Of a stretch of DNA of 64,000 nt, positions 59,262 through 64,000 are shown piece by piece (position 1 is the stretch's first letter; each line of letters opens with the position of its first letter). Both the position numbers and the translations under genes were made by a program. Source of the DNA: Candidatus Woesearchaeota archaeon. Its GTDB lineage: Archaea; Nanobdellota; Nanobdellia; Woesearchaeales; JAFCFN01. Location of the stretch: positions 295-64,294 of the forward strand of contig JAFCFN010000006.1 in assembly GCA_017608625.1 (NCBI GenBank), in the 5' to 3' direction. The notes beneath the pieces were generated by a model. That model did no database searches. It saw only the letters and a program-made list of their open reading frames with translations, and was not told the DNA's origin.

Positions 59262-60415
59262 GAAAAATAATAATAGAAAAAGCAAAAAAGAGGTTGATTG
59301 AGAAACAAAGAGCAGAAATAGTAGAAAGGAAAGGCATTGGTCATCCTGATTTTATTTGTGATTCTGTTTGTGAAACTGGTAGCAGAGCATTAAGTCAATA
59401 TTATTTAAAAAATTTTAAAGCTGTTTTGCATCACAATATTGATAAGGGTTTGTTAGTTGCTGGCAAATCAAAGCCAAGATTTGGTGGAGGCAAAGTTCTG
59501 GAACCAATTAAAGTAATAATTGCAGGAAGAGCTACTGCTAAATTAGAAAATAAGAAAATTCCTGTTTCTAAAATTTTATTAAATGCTGCTAAAAAAGAAA
59601 TGAGCAAATTTAGATATCTTAAACCACAGCATTACAAATTGATGGTTGATGTTAAAGAGGGTGCTGCTAATCTGAAACAGGTTTTTGAGAAAATTGTTGC
59701 TAATGATTCTAGTTTTGGAGTTGGTTTTGCTCCTTTGTCCAAAACTGAAAAGTTGTGTTTAAATATTTGTAATTTTTTAAATTCTCCTCAGTTTTTGAAA
59801 AAATTTCCTTGTGTTGGAGAAGACGTTAAAGTAATGGTTCTGAGAAACAAAGATAAAATGAAAGTTATTTCTGCAATTGCTTTTGTTGACAAATTTATAT
59901 CTGGAATGAAAGATTATATTGAAAACAAAGAAAAAATTAAAGACATTATCTTAAGAAAATTTGAAGTTGACTCTATTGATATTAATGCTTTGGATAATGT
60001 TAAAGGAGATGAGAGCAGAGTTTATTTAACAGTAACTGGTCTTTCTGCAGAACATGGGGATGATGGAAATACAGGAAGAGGAAACAAGCCTTCTGGCTTA
60101 ATAACTCCGTGCAGAGAAGTAAGCCTGGAAGCTTGTGCTGGTAAGAATATTAATCATCCTGGAAAGTTATATCAAGTTTTAGCTCAGATAATTGCTGATA
60201 AAATAGCAAAAATAAATGATGTTAAAGAAGTTACAGTCAAACTGATGAGTGAGATCGGTAAACCCTTGGATCAACCACAGGTTGTGAGCATTAATTTGAT
60301 TGCTGATAATTTCAAGGAGGTTAGAAAAGAGGCTAGGGAAGTTGCAGACAGGGTGTTTGATAATATTAAGAATGTACAGAAAGGAATCATAAAGGGAAAA
60401 TATAATCTATTTTAA
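59258..60415 (+). CDS. metK: S-adenosylmethionine synthetase, archaeal type
   Basis: 'ERKGIGHPDFICDSV' archaeal MAT signature. Confidence 0.85.
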   Translation: MRKIIIEKAKKRLIEKQRAEIVERKGIGHPDFICDSVCETGSRALSQYYLKNFKAVLHHNIDKGLLVAGKSKPRFGGGKVLEPIKVIIAGRATAKLENKKIPVSKILLNAAKKEMSKFRYLKPQHYKLMVDVKEGAANLKQVFEKIVANDSSFGVGFAPLSKTEKLCLNICNFLNSPQFLKKFPCVGEDVKVMVLRNKDKMKVISAIAFVDKFISGMKDYIENKEKIKDIILRKFEVDSIDINALDNVKGDESRVYLTVTGLSAEHGDDGNTGRGNKPSGLITPCREVSLEACAGKNINHPGKLYQVLAQIIADKIAKINDVKEVTVKLMSEIGKPLDQPQVVSINLIADNFKEVRKEAREVADRVFDNIKNVQKGIIKGKYNLF

Positions 60416-60419
60416 CAAT

Positions 60420-62852
60420 TTAGAGTAGCTCTAACTGTTCTTTTAAAAGCAAGGAATAATCATCTGCTTTAGCTGTTCTATCAATTATCCTACATAAAGC
60501 TTCTTTTTTTTCAGGAACAAGTTTGCCGTTTTCAAAACAAAATGTAGAATAAATGATTTCTCCTAATGATCCTTCTTCAAGTGATCTGCCTGACTTTATT
60601 TTATGACCATAAAACTTATTTATGTATCTTGCTTTATCAAGAATATATTTATCATCAAAGAAATTTTCTTTTGGAGGATTTTCTAATTCTCCTTCATGAT
60701 AAGCTAGAATAGGATGCTCAAAACCCAAGGCATACCCATATCTTATTATATTCCCCTCTCTTAAACCATACAAATTCTTGACTTGTATCCACTCTCTTGA
60801 CTGAGCTTTCGCTGAATAAAAATCTTGTTTTATTTCTTTTTCATAAACTAACTCTTTTTTATCATGTAGGCTGTTTAAGCTTTCATCAATTAACTGAAGC
60901 AGTTTAGATTTATCGTTCTTAAACAAAATTATTTCATATAATTCTTTAATCAATTTTGTTTCTAGTTTTGTTTTGTCTCCTTTGGAACCACTTAAATCAA
61001 TACCTTGCGAGATCAATTGACCATCAATGTTTATTGCAAATCTGGATTTTTCAAGTGAAATTGCTTTTCCATACCCCAAGTTTATTGCTAAATTTTTTTC
61101 TTCTAGTTCTTTTGCATCAATATTTCCTTTTAATAACAAAAATTTATTTGAATAATTAATACAATATTTGTCTTTCAAGAAGTTTTTTATAACTAAAATT
61201 TTTTTTATTATATTATTATTTGCCTTGATTATACTAGTATTATATTCTTCTGGTTTTATTCCATAAAGCCTGCTGAAGATGAAATCTTTTGTCCTTTTCC
61301 AAAAAGGTACATCAAGATGCTTTTCTAGGCCAGTATCTCTTTTCAAGAAATACAAAGCTCTTCTTAAGTAAGCATCCAAAGCTTGTGCAAGGATTATTTT
61401 GTGTTTTTTTGTTGTTGTTTTGAATTCTTTATAAACCTCATCAGCATATGGATCATCTTTTATAGTCTCCAAAAGACCTTCAATAAAGGGAGTTGGATAT
61501 ATCAAACAGCAATTGTGAATTCCTTTTTTTATTTTTATCTTGTTTAATTCAAGCAGTCTTATTTTTTCTTTATTTACATCAAACTTTTTTAGATCTTCCT
61601 TTTCTTGAGGTTGAGGATTAGAGTAAGTATGTAATTTCTTAAATTGTTGTTCCTCATGCAACTGATTGCTTAACTCATTTTTTGCTGTTAAAGCAACTCG
61701 TGAAGGCTTTTGTCTAAACATATAACTAAGCAATAAAAGATCCTTAAGAAATTCGTCACCCAATTTAAAATGCAAAATTGTGTCTTTCACATTATATTCT
61801 GCACATATTTTAGTGTATTTTTGATTAGTCCTAGATAACTGGGCGTATTTTTCTAGTGTTTCATAATCCAAATCTTTCTCTAAATGAGTATTAAAAACAT
61901 AGTTTGCAACTGTTATTAGTTTGTTGTCAGGTGTCCAGAGCCAGTGTTGGGCAAAAGGATATGTATCTATTAATAATTTGCCTCTGCCAAAATCCCATCT
62001 TTTAAAATAAGATGAACCGGCTTCTATTATTGGTTTAGTAAATCCTATACCTGGCAAAAAGTCTTTTTCTAATTCTCTAGCTGTTTTAACATCAAAATTT
62101 GCATTATGGATAAAAGCAAATAAGAAATCATAACTATGCAATATATCCGTCATTGTTTTACCAATATTTTTTACATTATTTATAACTTTTAATTCTATAT
62201 CTCCAAAGTGTGTGTGAACTGTTAGTTTGTCATTTCCCAGATTGTCCTTGCATAACAAATAATTCCCAAATTTTTCATCATTAGTAATTATTGGACATAA
62301 AAAGATCTCTATACTATTATTATTTTTTCTTGTTTCCAAGTCAATAGCAACCTTTTTTTCATCCAACAATTCTTCCAAAGGAACTTTTTTACTATTATCT
62401 TCAAATAAAGAGAAAGGATAATTTACATTCCATCTCAACATTCTTGCTGTATTGTTCCTTTGATCTCTTGTTATAAAGCTTTTTGTTAAGTATTTTTTCA
62501 TAACAGGATTACCAATTGCCCAGAATACAAAGGCTTTTTTCCATTCGTTTTCCATCTTTTGAAGCATTTTATCAGAATAAGTATTAAGATCAAGATTTTC
62601 CATGGCATAAGGCACTTTTTGAATTTTGATTCCTAGCTCCTTTAGATTTGGGTCCTTAACTATCCAAAAATTCTTGTCATGAGGGTTAGATTCAGCAATT
62701 TTACTTATTTCATCTTTCAAAGGTTTCCATGCTTTTGGCCATGTAGGAATAACATGCTCAAACTCTATGCTTTTAGAAAAAGATTTCTTATTTTCTCTTA
62801 AATAAAAAGTAGCTTTGTTTCCTTTAACTTTAACATCCACTATAAAAGCCAT
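60420..62852 (-). CDS. family-B DNA polymerase homolog, apparently inactivated polymerase domain
   Basis: Exo I 'AIDLET', Exo II 'NANFD', Exo III 'YNVKD'; motif A-like 'NCCLIYPT', motif B-like 'FSRLYG', motif C-like 'KGNIDA'. Confidence 0.5.
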   Translation of the reverse strand: MAFIVDVKVKGNKATFYLRENKKSFSKSIEFEHVIPTWPKAWKPLKDEISKIAESNPHDKNFWIVKDPNLKELGIKIQKVPYAMENLDLNTYSDKMLQKMENEWKKAFVFWAIGNPVMKKYLTKSFITRDQRNNTARMLRWNVNYPFSLFEDNSKKVPLEELLDEKKVAIDLETRKNNNSIEIFLCPIITNDEKFGNYLLCKDNLGNDKLTVHTHFGDIELKVINNVKNIGKTMTDILHSYDFLFAFIHNANFDVKTARELEKDFLPGIGFTKPIIEAGSSYFKRWDFGRGKLLIDTYPFAQHWLWTPDNKLITVANYVFNTHLEKDLDYETLEKYAQLSRTNQKYTKICAEYNVKDTILHFKLGDEFLKDLLLLSYMFRQKPSRVALTAKNELSNQLHEEQQFKKLHTYSNPQPQEKEDLKKFDVNKEKIRLLELNKIKIKKGIHNCCLIYPTPFIEGLLETIKDDPYADEVYKEFKTTTKKHKIILAQALDAYLRRALYFLKRDTGLEKHLDVPFWKRTKDFIFSRLYGIKPEEYNTSIIKANNNIIKKILVIKNFLKDKYCINYSNKFLLLKGNIDAKELEEKNLAINLGYGKAISLEKSRFAINIDGQLISQGIDLSGSKGDKTKLETKLIKELYEIILFKNDKSKLLQLIDESLNSLHDKKELVYEKEIKQDFYSAKAQSREWIQVKNLYGLREGNIIRYGYALGFEHPILAYHEGELENPPKENFFDDKYILDKARYINKFYGHKIKSGRSLEEGSLGEIIYSTFCFENGKLVPEKKEALCRIIDRTAKADDYSLLLKEQLELL

Positions 62853-62902
62853 ATTCCTAAAGAAGCAAAACTTATTTAAATAACTATCGTTTAGTAGTAT
62901 CT

Positions 62903-64000
62903 ATGGCATATCCTCAGGCTATTGGTGATACAAGAAGTCTCTATATTGTATTAGAACCCTTGCTTGACAAAATAGATTTTAAAAGATTAAAGATTAATAA
63001 AAAACGAATTTCTAGCTTAGAATCCAAACTTAATGAGGCAATAAAAGAAGCAAAAAATCCTTATTTGAAAGGAAGACTGAAAAAATATTGTTTAAATAAT
63101 AAGGAAATAAAGAATAATCTAAACAAACTAAAAAAATATGATCCTATTATTTTTATAACAGGTGTTTCTTGCAAGCCAGCAAGATATGGAAACATCCCTA
63201 GAAAAATTGCTATTGATCCTGAGGCTGATGAATTCTTTTTGACGGATAAAATTTTAGAAAGAGTCCAACAAATACCTGAAGCTTACGAGAATATTCTGTT
63301 CTGGCCAGTTTCTCCTGTTATGTGGCCATTTATAGTAAGGAATAATAAAATAGAGCACCCTCTTCCAAAGATTATTAAAAAAATAAACAGGGAACAAGAA
63401 AAGAAAGGGAGTACTACTTTTGGAGCTTTGAGCAAGAGTTTGGAGAGCAGATATAACAAAACAAACTACAAATTTTATGAGTCTCTCTTTGATTATAAAA
63501 AAGCTTTGAATTATTTAATAGATTGGAGTCCTCAGTTAAATGAGTTATTTAAAAAATATGAAAAAATAGAGAGGGTTGAAAAGGAAATAAGGGACATCAG
63601 TTATTTGAACAATATTCTGATGAGTTTTGCACTTGGAAACATAATCAAGTTGTTAGAGCCACATAAGGTGTATGGATATTTCATGGAGACTTCTTACTGT
63701 AACAAAATTTTTTCATTGATCCACAAATCTCACAATATAGAGATTAAAGTTTTGGACTGTATGAGAAATGCTCGTTTAAGTCCTTTTGGTGAATGTGATG
63801 ATTCTGCTATAGACATATTAGATGGACTGATAAGAAGTTTGCATCAGAAAAAAGTTGGAAAAAAACTTAAACCGCCAAAAAGAAAGAAAAAAGAAACAAT
63901 CATAAGAATATCTGCTTTAAAATGCCACCATTATCCTTTTTATTTATGTGCAAACCAAAGAAATTGTGATAAAGTAACAATTCCTTGCGCCAAACATCTT
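62903..64000 (+). CDS. hypothetical protein, 3'-partial at window end (not in ORF track)
   Basis: open frame of 366 codons from ATG 62903 to window end; C-terminal Cys/His-rich segment. Confidence 0.35.
   Translation, partial: MAYPQAIGDTRSLYIVLEPLLDKIDFKRLKINKKRISSLESKLNEAIKEAKNPYLKGRLKKYCLNNKEIKNNLNKLKKYDPIIFITGVSCKPARYGNIPRKIAIDPEADEFFLTDKILERVQQIPEAYENILFWPVSPVMWPFIVRNNKIEHPLPKIIKKINREQEKKGSTTFGALSKSLESRYNKTNYKFYESLFDYKKALNYLIDWSPQLNELFKKYEKIERVEKEIRDISYLNNILMSFALGNIIKLLEPHKVYGYFMETSYCNKIFSLIHKSHNIEIKVLDCMRNARLSPFGECDDSAIDILDGLIRSLHQKKVGKKLKPPKRKKKETIIRISALKCHHYPFYLCANQRNCDKVTIPCAKHL

Overview
AT-rich (~30% GC), gene-dense archaeal chromosome segment; small proteins, introns in tRNAs and the gene content suggest a small-genome (DPANN-like) archaeon. 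Archaeal informational genes recognised by eye: aIF2-alpha/Nop10/S27e cluster, S3Ae, L10e, Bud32, Orc1/Cdc6, RtcB+archease, RNase HII, SMC, archaeal MetK, GatE-like, TrmY, SerRS, HisRS, GyrB, Mre11. Housekeeping genes: enolase, adenylate kinase, SppA, MscS, MetAP, signal peptidase. Five tRNA genes, three or four with introns. Two carry non-canonical T-loop introns and one appears to have three introns. Most unusual: two related GC-rich, strongly structured ~80-130 nt elements sit exactly between a GGAGG and the ATG of two unrelated genes (a Zn-ribbon gene and smc). They share a 27-nt 3' segment and flanking GTTAAC palindromes. Also notable: a mini-MCM next to a TrmB regulator; a tightly coupled 7-gene operon of unknowns (including a PIN-like protein) behind an HTH regulator bracketed by palindromes; Mre11 broken by a perfect 73-bp tandem duplication; a PolB-like gene with intact exonuclease motifs but Asp-to-Asn changes in polymerase motifs A and C; and a DUF5320/DUF134/NifX-like/MinD-ferredoxin cluster. 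No rRNA, CRISPR array or recognisable integrase/transposase seen. Several start codons in the ORF track look too far upstream (tRNA overlap, gene overlaps).
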